This document shows positions 1 to 9,498 of a DNA stretch of 64,000 bases, piece by piece. The notes beneath the pieces were generated by a model. That model made no database searches. It saw only the letters and a program-made list of their open reading frames with translations, and was not told the origin of the DNA. Position numbers and translations under genes: made by a program. Origin of the DNA: Candidatus Nomurabacteria bacterium (GTDB lineage: Bacteria; Patescibacteriota; Minisyncoccia; Phycocordibacterales; UBA9973); contig JAIOPO010000001.1 of the NCBI GenBank assembly GCA_021413905.1, forward strand, positions 137,159-201,158, given 5' to 3'. Position 1 is the stretch's first letter. Each line of letters begins with the position of its first letter.

Positions 1-1
1 A

Positions 2-220
2 ATTTTAAATGCTTCAAAATTAAAAATTACAGCAAAAAAATTGGAAGAAATTTATCATACTAGATATTCAGGTTATCCAGGTGGACTTAGAGTTTTAAAA
101 GGCACAGAAACAGCAGAGAAAAAAGGATTGAAAGAATTGATAAAACTCGCAACATATCAAATGCTCCCAGACAATAAAATTAGAAGGGAAATGATGAAAA
201 GCTTAAAGATTGAAGATTAA
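2..220 (+). CDS. rplM: 50S ribosomal protein L13, 5'-partial
   Basis: Frame from nt 2 reads ILNASKLKITAKKLEEIYHTRYSGYPGGL...MLPDNK; stop TAA 218-220; directly upstream of rpsI. Not in the ORF track. Confidence 0.95.
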   Translation: MLNASKLKITAKKLEEIYHTRYSGYPGGLRVLKGTETAEKKGLKELIKLATYQMLPDNKIRREMMKSLKIED

Positions 221-225
221 ATTAT

Positions 226-639
226 ATGGCAACAGAGAAAAAAACAACAGAAAAATATATTGAAGCAATAGGCAGAAGAAAAACTTCTACTGCTCGTGTT
301 CGTATCACAGAATCCAGTAAAGCTACTTTTCTAGTTAACGATAGAGATGCGAAAGAATATTTTCAAACTGAAGATCAAAGACGTCTTGTTCAAGATCCTA
401 TAGTAAAAGGAAAACCTGGTTCTAAATGGAGTGTTGAAGTTCATGTTTCAGGCGGAGGAATACATTCTCAAGCTGAAGCTGTGCGTCATGGACTTTCTCG
501 CGCTTTGACAGAATCAGAACCAGAACTTCGTGGTAAATTAAAAACACTTGGTTTCTTGAAAAGAGATCCTCGTGCAAAAGAACGTCGTAAATTCGGACTT
601 AAGAAAGCTCGTAAAGCTCCACAATGGAGTAAACGTTAA
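226..639 (+). CDS. rpsI: 30S ribosomal protein S9
   Basis: GRRKTSTARV, GGGIHSQAEAVRHG, C-terminal KARKAPQWSKR. Confidence 0.98.
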   Translation: MATEKKTTEKYIEAIGRRKTSTARVRITESSKATFLVNDRDAKEYFQTEDQRRLVQDPIVKGKPGSKWSVEVHVSGGGIHSQAEAVRHGLSRALTESEPELRGKLKTLGFLKRDPRAKERRKFGLKKARKAPQWSKR

Positions 640-642
640 AAT

Positions 643-674
643 AAAAAAATCTCCCTTTCCTGGGAGATTTTTTT
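643..674 (+). terminator. Rho-independent terminator after rplM-rpsI
   Basis: AAAAAAATCTCCC-tttcct-GGGAGATTTTTTT. Confidence 0.85.
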
Positions 675-675
675 A

Positions 676-684
676 TGCTAAAAT
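676..684 (+). promoter_or_regulatory. Extended -10 promoter, 6 nt before the grpE ATG (leaderless type)
   Basis: TGcTAAAAT 676-684, ATG at 691, no SD. Confidence 0.65.
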
Positions 685-690
685 CAATTT

Positions 691-1278
691 ATGGATGATG
701 AAGAAATAAAAAAAGTAGATAATTCTGAGCTAAAAGAAGACGATACAGAAGTCGTGGATTTTGAATTCAATGAAGATGGGGAAGAGGATTTAAAGAAAAC
801 TTTAAAGAAAATTCGCGCGGATTTAAAACAAGCTAAAAAAGAGAAAGAAGAATATTTGACCGGTTGGCAAAAAGAGCGAGCAGATTTTGTGAATTATAAG
901 AAACAAGAAGAAGAAAGAAAAGCTATGTTTTCTGAATCAATGCGTGAGAGGATTTTAACAAGTTTTCTTTCTGTTATGGATAATTTCAGTATGGCATTTT
1001 CCAATAAGGAGGCTTGGGAAAAAGTGGATGAAAATTGGCGCAAAGGTGTGGAATATATTTATGGTCAAATGTCTGGAGTTTTCGAAGAATATGGTGTAAA
1101 AAGTTTTGGTGAAATTGGAGAAGCTTTTGATCCGAGTCTGCATGAATCGATTGAAATGGTAGATACAGATAATAAAGAAAATAATCACAAAATTTCCGCA
1201 GTAATTCAAAAAGGTTACAAACTTGGTTCTCGTGTCATTCGCCCAGCGCGAGTGAATGTCTTTGAATATAAAGAATAA
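691..1278 (+). CDS. grpE: Nucleotide exchange factor GrpE
   Basis: RADFVNYKK, FDPSLHES, QKGYKLGSRVIRPARV. Confidence 0.96.
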   Translation: MDDEEIKKVDNSELKEDDTEVVDFEFNEDGEEDLKKTLKKIRADLKQAKKEKEEYLTGWQKERADFVNYKKQEEERKAMFSESMRERILTSFLSVMDNFSMAFSNKEAWEKVDENWRKGVEYIYGQMSGVFEEYGVKSFGEIGEAFDPSLHESIEMVDTDNKENNHKISAVIQKGYKLGSRVIRPARVNVFEYKE

Positions 1279-1286
1279 TTAAATAA

Positions 1287-2984
1287 ATGTCCCACGAAAT
1301 ACAAAAAGTCACATGTCAGAATCACAACATCAGTAAACACTGCCAAGGGGAATTTACGATAGAACCCGATGATTTTGTGTTTTACAAAAAGATAAAAGTG
1401 CCTCCACCGACATTTTGTCCGGAGTGTAGAACCCAAAGAGCTATGGTTTGGAGAAATGAAACAACTTTGTATTCAGGTAATAAATGCAATCTTTGCAATA
1501 AAAGTGTTTTAACTATGTATAATCCAAAATCTGATTTTATTATTTATTGTAATTCATGTTATAGGGGAGACAAATGGGAACCAAGAGATTATGCAATGGA
1601 TTATGATTTTTCAAAATCATTCTTTGAACAATTTGAAGATTTGATGCGCAAAGTTCCTAAGAATGCATTATATAATACGAGTGGAGCTGGATTGATAGTT
1701 GATAGTCCTTATAACAATTGTGTTGGAGGGCTTAAGAATTGCTACATGTGTTTTAATTCAGCTAATTTAGAAGATTGCATGTATTCAAGAGGGGTTACAC
1801 GTTCGAAAGAAGTTTTGGATTCTTATTTTTGTAAAAAAATAGAAAATTGTTATGAGGCAATAAATACATATAATAGTGTGAATTCTTTTTGGATACAAAA
1901 TTCAAATGATATCTTAGATTCAATTTTTTTATATGATTGTGCAAATGTTTCAAATTGTTTAGGTTGTGTTAATTTGAGAAATAAAAGTTTTTGCATATTA
2001 AATGAACAATATTCCAAAGAAGAATATTTTAGTTTTTTAAATAAAATAAAAGGTTCATATTCAAATCTAGAAAATTTTAGAAATCAATTTATTTCATTGA
2101 CAAAAAGTTTACCAAAAAGAGCTAATCAAAATATTAAAACAATGGATTGCGTAGGGGATTATTTAACAGAATGTAAAAATGTTAAACATGGATTTGAAGT
2201 TATGAACTCTGAAGATTGCAAAAGGATATATTTTGGTAGGGATATAAAAGACAGTAGAGGTACTATTGGGTATGGTATAAAATCAGAGCTACTTTTAGAA
2301 TGTGTTTCCACTGGTTATACTTCTAGGGCTATCGGATGCTGGGCTTGTGAATTATCTCAAGATTTAGAATATTGTGTATCGTGTTTTCCTAGTAATAAGA
2401 ATTTAATAGGATGCGATTCTATGAGAAATTCTCAATATTGTATTTTAAATAAACAATATTCAAAAGAAGAATACGAAAAAATAAAAATACATATAAATGA
2501 AGAACTTACAGTATTAGGAGTCTATGGATTAATGTTACCTTCTGAAATTTCTCCTTTTTCTTATAATGAAACATTGGCACAAGATAACTATAATTTATCA
2601 GAAGAAGAAGTTTTAAAAGAAGGTTTTGTGTGGGAAAAAGACATACAAATGACCTCGGGAAAAGAAACCGCGGACATAAATTCTTTAGTAGATAATATCA
2701 ATGAAACTTCAGAAGATATATGTAAAGAAATTTTAGCCTGTATTGATTGTAATAGAAACTATAAAATAACTGAGCAAGAATTTTATTTCTACAAAAACAA
2801 AATTATCCCTGTTCCAAGAAAATGTTTTTATTGTAGACATCAATCAAGAATAGTGAAAAGAGGAAGTTTGAGATTTGATAAAGAAATATGTAATAAATGT
2901 AATATTGATATATATACAAATTTAAATCCCAAAGACGGAGATATAGTTTACTGTGAAAAATGTTATCAGCAAAAAGTTTATTAA
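1287..2984 (+). CDS. Cys-rich conserved hypothetical protein (CPR family; multiple CxxC plus a repetitive Cys/Ser/Asn core)
   Basis: PPPTFCPECR, CNLC, CNSC, central C-x-N-C/S repeats, NCLGCVNLRNKSFCILNEQYSKEEY motif repeated, C-terminal VYCEKCY. Confidence 0.8.
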   Translation: MSHEIQKVTCQNHNISKHCQGEFTIEPDDFVFYKKIKVPPPTFCPECRTQRAMVWRNETTLYSGNKCNLCNKSVLTMYNPKSDFIIYCNSCYRGDKWEPRDYAMDYDFSKSFFEQFEDLMRKVPKNALYNTSGAGLIVDSPYNNCVGGLKNCYMCFNSANLEDCMYSRGVTRSKEVLDSYFCKKIENCYEAINTYNSVNSFWIQNSNDILDSIFLYDCANVSNCLGCVNLRNKSFCILNEQYSKEEYFSFLNKIKGSYSNLENFRNQFISLTKSLPKRANQNIKTMDCVGDYLTECKNVKHGFEVMNSEDCKRIYFGRDIKDSRGTIGYGIKSELLLECVSTGYTSRAIGCWACELSQDLEYCVSCFPSNKNLIGCDSMRNSQYCILNKQYSKEEYEKIKIHINEELTVLGVYGLMLPSEISPFSYNETLAQDNYNLSEEEVLKEGFVWEKDIQMTSGKETADINSLVDNINETSEDICKEILACIDCNRNYKITEQEFYFYKNKIIPVPRKCFYCRHQSRIVKRGSLRFDKEICNKCNIDIYTNLNPKDGDIVYCEKCYQQKVY

Positions 2985-2986
2985 AT

Positions 2987-3520
2987 TTATTTCTTAAAAG
3001 TTTCAAATAAAAACTTTTTTGTTTCTTCGTCTATGTATTCTGTTTTTATTATCATCATCTCTGTGGTGAGTCCTAAATCTTTTTTTATATTTTCAAAAAG
3101 GTATTCATACGGGAAAGGGGAGATCCAAGCAGAATTTTTCAAGCAGACGAAGCCCGCTTTTTTTAATAAATAGCGCAAGCTCTCTCGCTCGTTTTTTCTA
3201 TTCTCCGGCAAGTCGAGTAAAATAATCCTCCAAAATCCGTCCCAAGAAGTGTTTGCCAAAGTCGTCTCATTTTCCAGCCTTAAACTATGCATTTTCTTTT
3301 TTCCTTCTTTCGTCAGTCTCGCATAATCATTCTGCCCGGATGAGATGTGTTCTACTAGCCCTGCGTCTCGTAGGCCTTTTAAAGACCTTGTAATAGCATA
3401 CTTGTCTAGGGCGGAGGAGTTTCCTTCGCTATCTGCTTTATTGTGCAATTCTGGCAATGAAACGGCATTTTTACCCCCTAAAATCCTTATTATTTTCTTG
3501 GAAAAGTCTTTGTTTTTCAT
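2987..3520 (-). CDS. PaaX-like transcriptional regulator (winged helix plus PaaX central Cas2-like domain)
   Basis: wHTH ITRSLKGLRDAGLVE...RLTKEG followed by WDGFWRIILLDLPE...R..L...GF..L.NSAWISP. Confidence 0.8.
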   Translation of the reverse strand: MKNKDFSKKIIRILGGKNAVSLPELHNKADSEGNSSALDKYAITRSLKGLRDAGLVEHISSGQNDYARLTKEGKKKMHSLRLENETTLANTSWDGFWRIILLDLPENRKNERESLRYLLKKAGFVCLKNSAWISPFPYEYLFENIKKDLGLTTEMMIIKTEYIDEETKKFLFETFKK

Positions 3521-3532
3521 AAATTTGTCCTG

Positions 3533-3582
3533 TCCCGTTAGAGATAGGGAATCTTTAGATTACCGTAAAAGCTCTAATGGGA
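3533..3582. repeat. Palindromic REP-like element (CCCGTTAGAG...CTCTAAYGGG)
   Basis: TCCCGTTAGAG 3533-3543 and CTCTAATGGGA 3572-3582 form an inverted repeat with one G-T pair. Confidence 0.7.
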
Positions 3583-3620
3583 TTGACATACTTATATCCT
3601 ATCATATATACTGTTTTTAA

Positions 3621-3648
3621 CAAGTATTCTGCGGTCGCGAAATACTTG
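3621..3648. promoter_or_regulatory. Inverted repeat in the divergent paaX-like/arsC-dnaK intergenic region (candidate operator or hairpin)
   Basis: CAAGTATT-ctgcggtcgcga-AATACTTG. Confidence 0.45.
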
Positions 3649-3682
3649 CAAAATAATTAGGGCTTCTATATAATAGGTTTAT

Positions 3683-4096
3683 ATGAGAAAAATTATTTTC
3701 ATTTGTAAAAGAAATAGATTTAGAAGCCAGATTGCTAAGGCTTTAACTAATAAATTACTTAGCGATAATTGGGTAGCTGAATCTTATGGATTTTTAGTTA
3801 GACCAGAAGATGAAAAAAATCCTTTTTCTAATAATCCAAAAGTAGGTGAAACAATTAAGGGTTTGAAGGAAATAGATATTGATATCTCTGATGGTTTGTC
3901 GAAACAACTTAGTTCAGAAAATTTAGAAGATGTAAATAGAATTGTTGTTTTGACTGAAGAAGAAGATATTCCAGATTGGTTTAAAAAATATGATTATGAA
4001 CATTGGAATGAAATAAAAAATTTCCCTGGAAGTCCAACTTTAGAAAAAACAAGGAGAACAATCGAGTTAGTTAAAAAAAGATTAGAAACATTATAA
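3683..4096 (+). CDS. Low-molecular-weight phosphatase / ArsC-family protein
   Basis: N-terminal P-loop IFICKRNRFRSQIA (CX5RS), SKQL, EHW. Confidence 0.8.
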   Translation: MRKIIFICKRNRFRSQIAKALTNKLLSDNWVAESYGFLVRPEDEKNPFSNNPKVGETIKGLKEIDIDISDGLSKQLSSENLEDVNRIVVLTEEEDIPDWFKKYDYEHWNEIKNFPGSPTLEKTRRTIELVKKRLETL

Positions 4097-4117
4097 AATT
4101 AATTAAAATAAAAAAAT

Positions 4118-6025
4118 ATGTCAAAAATAATAGGAATAGACTTGGGTACAACAAATAGCGCGGTTGCTATTATCGAAGGAGGACAGCCGAAGATTATAGA
4201 AAATATTGAAGGGGCGAGGACGACGCCGAGTATTGTTTCCGTGGCAAAAAATGGAGACAGATTAGTGGGGCTACTTGCAAAAAGACAAGCGGTGACAAAT
4301 CCGGAAAATACCGTGTACGGTATCAAGCGTTTTATGGGTCACAATTTTGAAGATCCGGAAGTGCAGAAAGATTTAAAAAATGCTTCTTTTAAAATCCAAA
4401 AATCCGCAAACGGCGGAGTGGAAGTAAAAATCGGCGATAAATGGATGCGCCCGGAAGAAATTTCCGCGATGATTTTAACAAAAATCAAAACAGACGTGGA
4501 AGCAAAAATCGGAGAGAAAATAACCGAAGCAGTGATCACAGTGCCTGCATATTTCAACGATGCGCAAAGAAAAGCGACAAAGGATGCAGGAATGATTGCC
4601 GGTCTTGATGTGAAAAGAATTATCAACGAGCCGACAGCGGCAGCTCTTGCATATGGTTTTAATTCAAAGAAAAATGAAAAGATAGTGGTGTATGATTTTG
4701 GAGGCGGAACATTTGATATTTCTGTTTTGGAAGTGGGTGATGATGTTATTGAAGTGAAGTCTACAGATGGAGACAGTCACCTCGGCGGTCGCGACCTTGA
4801 CCACAAGATTATCGCTTGGATTGCGGATGAATTTAAAAAGACTTCAGGTGTGGATGTACGCACTGACGCATTGGCATTGCAACGTCTCGATGAAGCTGCG
4901 GAAAAAGCAAAGATAGAGCTTTCTACAGCTATTGAAACAGAAATAAATATTCCTTTTATCACTTCCACAGCTTCAGGTCCGCAACACTTACTCTTGAAAA
5001 TGTCTCGCGCTCAGCTCGAAGCTATTGCGGATGAATATGTGTCTCGTTCTATTGAGATAACAAAACGCGCGATGACTGCGTCCGGTTTTAAAATGGAAGA
5101 AATAAATGAAATTGTGATGGTCGGAGGTCAGACAAGAATGCCGAAAATTGTGGAAGCGGTGAAAAATCTTTTTGGAAAAACTCCAAACCTTTCTATTAAT
5201 CCTGACGAAGTGGTGGCTCTCGGAGCTGCGGTGCAAGCGGGAGTGTTGCAAGGGGATGTGAGGGATGTTTTGCTTCTTGATGTTATTCCATTATCTTTGG
5301 GTATTGAAACATTGGGCGGAGTGGCTACGAAACTCGTGGAAAGAAATACGACAATTCCATCAAGTAAATCACAAGTATTTTCTACAGCAGCGGATAATCA
5401 GACAAGCGTGGAAATACATATCGTGCAAGGTGAAAGACCGATGGCATCTGATAACAAATCATTAGGAAGATTTATTCTGGATGGTGTACCACCGGCACCT
5501 CGTGGTATTCCGCAAGTGGAAGTTTCTTTTGATGTGGATGCAAATGGAATACTCAATGTGACTGCGAAAGACAAAGCTTCCGGTAAAACTCAATCTATTA
5601 AAATAGAAGCGAGTTCCGGTTTGAAAGATGAAGACATAAAGAAAATGCAAGCTGATGCCGAAGTGCACGCCGAAGAAGATAAAAAGAAAAAAGAAATGGC
5701 GGATGTGCGCAATACTGCGGAGATGACATTGTACACAGCAGAGAAATCTTTAAAAGATAATGAAGCAAAAATTCCAGAAGAGGTGAAAACAGAAGTAAAT
5801 GAAAAAATCACAAATGTGCGCTCTACAAAAGACAGCACAGATATGGAAGCTTTGAAAAAAGCGGTGGAAGAGCTTTCATCTTCAATGTCTAAGATTGGCG
5901 AGGCTATGGCTAATTCTTCGGCAAGCGCAGGACAAGAACAAGCAGAATCTTCAAATGTTGAAGAGCAACCAACAGAAGTAAAAAATGAAGAAGTAAAGCC
6001 TGAAGGCGAAGAGCCAAAAGCTTAA
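4118..6025 (+). CDS. dnaK: Molecular chaperone DnaK
   Basis: [36 protein letters not shown]. Confidence 0.99.
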   Translation: MSKIIGIDLGTTNSAVAIIEGGQPKIIENIEGARTTPSIVSVAKNGDRLVGLLAKRQAVTNPENTVYGIKRFMGHNFEDPEVQKDLKNASFKIQKSANGGVEVKIGDKWMRPEEISAMILTKIKTDVEAKIGEKITEAVITVPAYFNDAQRKATKDAGMIAGLDVKRIINEPTAAALAYGFNSKKNEKIVVYDFGGGTFDISVLEVGDDVIEVKSTDGDSHLGGRDLDHKIIAWIADEFKKTSGVDVRTDALALQRLDEAAEKAKIELSTAIETEINIPFITSTASGPQHLLLKMSRAQLEAIADEYVSRSIEITKRAMTASGFKMEEINEIVMVGGQTRMPKIVEAVKNLFGKTPNLSINPDEVVALGAAVQAGVLQGDVRDVLLLDVIPLSLGIETLGGVATKLVERNTTIPSSKSQVFSTAADNQTSVEIHIVQGERPMASDNKSLGRFILDGVPPAPRGIPQVEVSFDVDANGILNVTAKDKASGKTQSIKIEASSGLKDEDIKKMQADAEVHAEEDKKKKEMADVRNTAEMTLYTAEKSLKDNEAKIPEEVKTEVNEKITNVRSTKDSTDMEALKKAVEELSSSMSKIGEAMANSSASAGQEQAESSNVEEQPTEVKNEEVKPEGEEPKA

Positions 6026-6032
6026 TACTACT

Positions 6033-6065
6033 AAAAAGCCCCGCGCCTTTGGCGCGGGGCTTTTT
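6033..6065 (+). terminator. Rho-independent terminator after dnaK
   Basis: AAAAAGCCCCGCGCC-ttt-GGCGCGGGGCTTTTT. Confidence 0.92.
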
Positions 6066-6095
6066 GTTTGTTTGTATTTTTGGTATAATAAAAAA

Positions 6096-8220
6096 ATGGA
6101 TTCTCACGAATTGCCAAAAAATAAAGATTTGACATATATCGGACTGACGACTTTTCGTGATAAGAAAAATCTTTTTGGTATAAAACGTAAAGACAGAAGA
6201 CAACATGTATATGTATTGGGTAAATCCGGTACCGGTAAATCCGTGCTTCTTTCCAATATGATTGTGCAAAATATCCAAAATGGAGACGGTGTTTGTGTTG
6301 TGGATCCACACGGAGAACTCGTCGAAGGAATATTACAATCCATACCAGAGAATCGCTTGAAAGATGTAGTATATTTTAATCCGGCGGATACGGATTATCA
6401 TATTGGTTTCAATGTATTGGAATTAATAGATCCGAAATACAAACATCTCGTGGCTTCCGGACTCATGGGTATTTTTACTAAAATTTGGGCTAATGCATGG
6501 AGTGCCAGAATGGAATATATTTTAAATAATGCTATTTTGGCATTGCTTGATACTCCGGGTTCCACATTACTCGGTATTCCAAGACTTTTGGTTGATAAAG
6601 ATTATCGTCAAAAGATAATAAATAATTTGAAAGACCCTGTTATCAAAGCTTTTTGGATTCATGAATATGAAGCTTGGCAAGAGAAATTTCGAAATGAAGC
6701 TATTGCACCTATTCAAAACAAAGTCGGACAATTCCTCTCTACATCTATCATTCGTAACGTTGTCGGCCAAGCAAAAAGCACGATAAATATTTTCGACATT
6801 ATGAATGAAAGTAAAATATTTTTGGTGAATGTTTCCAAAGGGCGTATTGGTGAAGATAATTCCGCTTTGCTCGGAGGTATGATAATTACAAAAATACAAC
6901 TCGCCGCGATGGAACGCGTGCGTATACCCGAAGATGACCGTAAAGATTTTTATTTATATGTGGACGAATTCCAAAATTTTGTGACGGATTCTTTCGCAAG
7001 TATTCTTTCTGAAGCTCGTAAATATCGCCTCAATCTGACTGTCGCTCATCAATACACAGCACAACTCGTCACAGACAATGGTTCTGCTGTGCGTGATGCT
7101 GTTTTTGGTAACGTCGGAACAATGATTATTTTTCGTGTCGGTGCAGACGACGCTGGCTTTTTAGAAAAAGAATTTGAACCTGAATTCACACCTCAAGATA
7201 TTGTGAATTTACCAAACTATAAAATATATTTGCGTTTAATGATAGACGGAGTGACTTCCAGACCATTTTCCGCAAAAACATTGCCACCAATAATAAAAAA
7301 TCCAGATCCAAAAATAGAGCAATCTGTAATAGATTCTTCTCGTGCATTGTATTGTTTACCAAAAGATGTGGTAGAAAGAGAAATCAATAATTGGAGTGGT
7401 ATGTCTTTGGGAGACAATGAAAATGGAAATATGGAAAAATTCCCGGCTGTTTGTTCTATTTGTAAAAAAGAAACTTTTGTCCCATTCCAACCACAACCGG
7501 GCAGACCTGTGTATTGTAAAGATTGCATAGCAAAAATGAAATCCGGTGAGTTAAAGCCATTGAGTGGTTCTATGAATCAAATAAAACAAGATGAAAGTAA
7601 ATTTTATCAACCCTTAGTTGATTTAGGTATAGAATTTAGTGATAAAGGTAATGCAAATACTAATAATATCAAACCAAAAAATAATAGTGTTATTTCTTCT
7701 GTAAAAAATATATTCAACAAAAATCAGAATTCAAATACATTGAAACCTCCGATGAATAAGAATATAAATAATTTCAATAAATTTAAAAATCCTGCTCCTG
7801 TCATAAAAAAGCCAGAAATAAAAAAAGAAACCTGTCATAAAAAAGCCAGAAATAAAAAAAGAAAATGTTGCTTTGCGTGATATTTTAAATAAAACTTTGA
7901 CTGAAAATAAAACTCTTGAAATAAAAAAAGAAGAACCTAAAGTTATAGAAATTCCAAAACCTGTACCACCGGCAATATCTTTAAATGAATTGAAACCTCA
8001 AAATACAACTGTAATAAATTCAAATGACCGTTCAGCCGGAGCAGACAAAATGAATGCTTTGAAAAATTTAATTACAGAGAAAACTGAACAAAAGAAAACA
8101 GAAATGCCTGCACCCACACCTTCTGTATCTGCGACACCAAAACCTGTTATGAATGATGTCGTCCCAAAACCACCTATCAAAGAAGTCCCCGAAGAAGTTT
8201 TAAAAGGATTATTGGAATAA
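6096..8220 (+). CDS. VirB4/TraD(TrwB)/HerA-like ATPase with a CxxC-x17-CxxC domain and Pro/Lys-rich tail; frameshifted by a 34-bp duplication (track ORFs 6072-7880 and 7873-8220)
   Basis: Walker A GKSGTGKS, Walker B YVDEFQ, SEARKY/AHQY; CSIC-x17-CKDC; ATG 6096 lies 6 nt after TGgTATAAT; removing one repeat copy joins both ORFs into 696 aa. Confidence 0.85.
7797..7864. repeat. Perfect 34-bp tandem duplication
   Basis: CCTGTCATAAAAAAGCCAGAAATAAAAAAAGAAA at 7797-7830 and 7831-7864. Confidence 0.97.
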
Positions 8221-8225
8221 ATTAT

Positions 8226-8435
8226 ATGGATATAAAAATTAAAATTTTAGAAAACAAAATTAGTATAGATGAAGTAAAAAAACTTGCTGATTTTTGGTAT
8301 GGAACGATGATAAAAGGAGCCGTGGACATCGAAAATGGTAGAGTCGCATTAGGTAATCGTTCTAGAAACATAGTAAATCAAGAAGTTACCCAAACAGCAA
8401 CTCAGATTATTCATAAATTTATTGATTTAAAGTAA
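8226..8435 (+). pseudogene. DUF5674-like protein with an apparent in-frame internal deletion
   Basis: N-terminal MIKGAVDIENGRVALG is joined directly to C-terminal NRSRNIV; the family's middle (H.D.E..LL..GS.Q..LWG...INIRP) is absent; only 69 aa. Confidence 0.6.
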
Positions 8436-8436
8436 T

Positions 8437-8733
8437 ATGGAAAAAAATGCACTTTTTTATATGGCGAATTTGTATCCGGAAATAGGAAGACTTTTTTCAT
8501 TTTATGATTCCGGAAAGATTGAAGCTGTGCAAAATGCTCAAAAAAGATCTTTGGATATTGTCGATAAAATATTATCTTTTAATGAAGAAATAAAACCAGC
8601 CGGAAGGGAAGAATGGAATGTTATAAGAAATTTTATTTTAGCTTTTGATAAATTGGATAGTGAAGAAAGAAATATTTTAGAAAAATACGCAGAACCTTTT
8701 TCTTATAAATTTATGAATCAATATACATCTTAA
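8437..8733 (+). CDS. Helical hypothetical protein (type usually found downstream of DUF5674)
   Basis: MANLYPEIGR motif resembles the MANIGSEV.R partner family; 1 nt after the DUF5674-like gene. Confidence 0.6.
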   Translation: MEKNALFYMANLYPEIGRLFSFYDSGKIEAVQNAQKRSLDIVDKILSFNEEIKPAGREEWNVIRNFILAFDKLDSEERNILEKYAEPFSYKFMNQYTS

Positions 8734-9425
8734 ATCCCTTGTACTGCGCGATAGGTGGCGATGATGCCGGCGGTTTCTCCACGGAGAGTGAGTGAACCGA
8801 GAGATGCCACAGTATAATCATATTCTTTTGCGAGAGTTATTTCTTTTTCAGAGAAACCGCCTTCAGGCCCGACAAAAATAGCTATTTCTTTTGCATTTTT
8901 GTCGGGCCTGTATTCTGTATCAACTAAATGAAAAATAACTTTTTCATTTTTATTTTTACCATGCTCTAGGGCATTTTGAAAATTCATAGTATCTAAAAGT
9001 TCCGGCACGACGCTTCGGCCGGATTGTTCGCTCGCTTCACGAATTATTTTTTCAATGCGTTCTGTATTCAATCCTGTTTTTACTGTGCGTTCGGTTATTG
9101 TCGGTATTATACAGCTCACTCCGCATTCGACGGATTTTTGCACAGCTATTTCAAAATTTTCTTTTTTTAAGATTGCCAAATATAAATACACTTTTCGCTT
9201 CGGTTCTTTTGTTTCTATTCTTTTTTCTATCTTACAAATTATTTCATTGTGTGAAAGGAAAGAAATGACAACTTCTGTTTCAATACCTTTTCCATCGCAA
9301 AGTATGAGTTTGTCGCCCTCTTCTAGTCTCAAAACACCCTTTATTTGCTTGATATTTTCAGGATTTGTGATTTTAACCTCTTTTTTATTTAAATCAAAAT
9401 TTCCAATAAATCTATGTAATCTCAT
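8730..9425 (-). CDS. rsmE: 16S rRNA m3U1498 methyltransferase
   Basis: VLRL..GD, QKSVECG, EASEQSGR, VGPEGGFS, LRGETA. Confidence 0.95.
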   Translation of the reverse strand: MRLHRFIGNFDLNKKEVKITNPENIKQIKGVLRLEEGDKLILCDGKGIETEVVISFLSHNEIICKIEKRIETKEPKRKVYLYLAILKKENFEIAVQKSVECGVSCIIPTITERTVKTGLNTERIEKIIREASEQSGRSVVPELLDTMNFQNALEHGKNKNEKVIFHLVDTEYRPDKNAKEIAIFVGPEGGFSEKEITLAKEYDYTVASLGSLTLRGETAGIIATYRAVQGI

Positions 9426-9498
9426 ATTTTATATGATACACTTAGATAGATAAAAATCCAAATTGAGAAAAGTGTCAATTTGTAGTAAAATTAAAACA

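Noticed and set aside
2987-3520. Cas2 / CRISPR-Cas system
   Set aside because: The Cas2-like segment is the PaaX central domain fused to a wHTH. No cas1 and no repeat-spacer array were seen in the window.
7873-8220. Independent 115-aa gene
   Set aside because: It is the frameshifted C-terminus of the upstream ATPase and is rejoined by removing one 34-bp copy.
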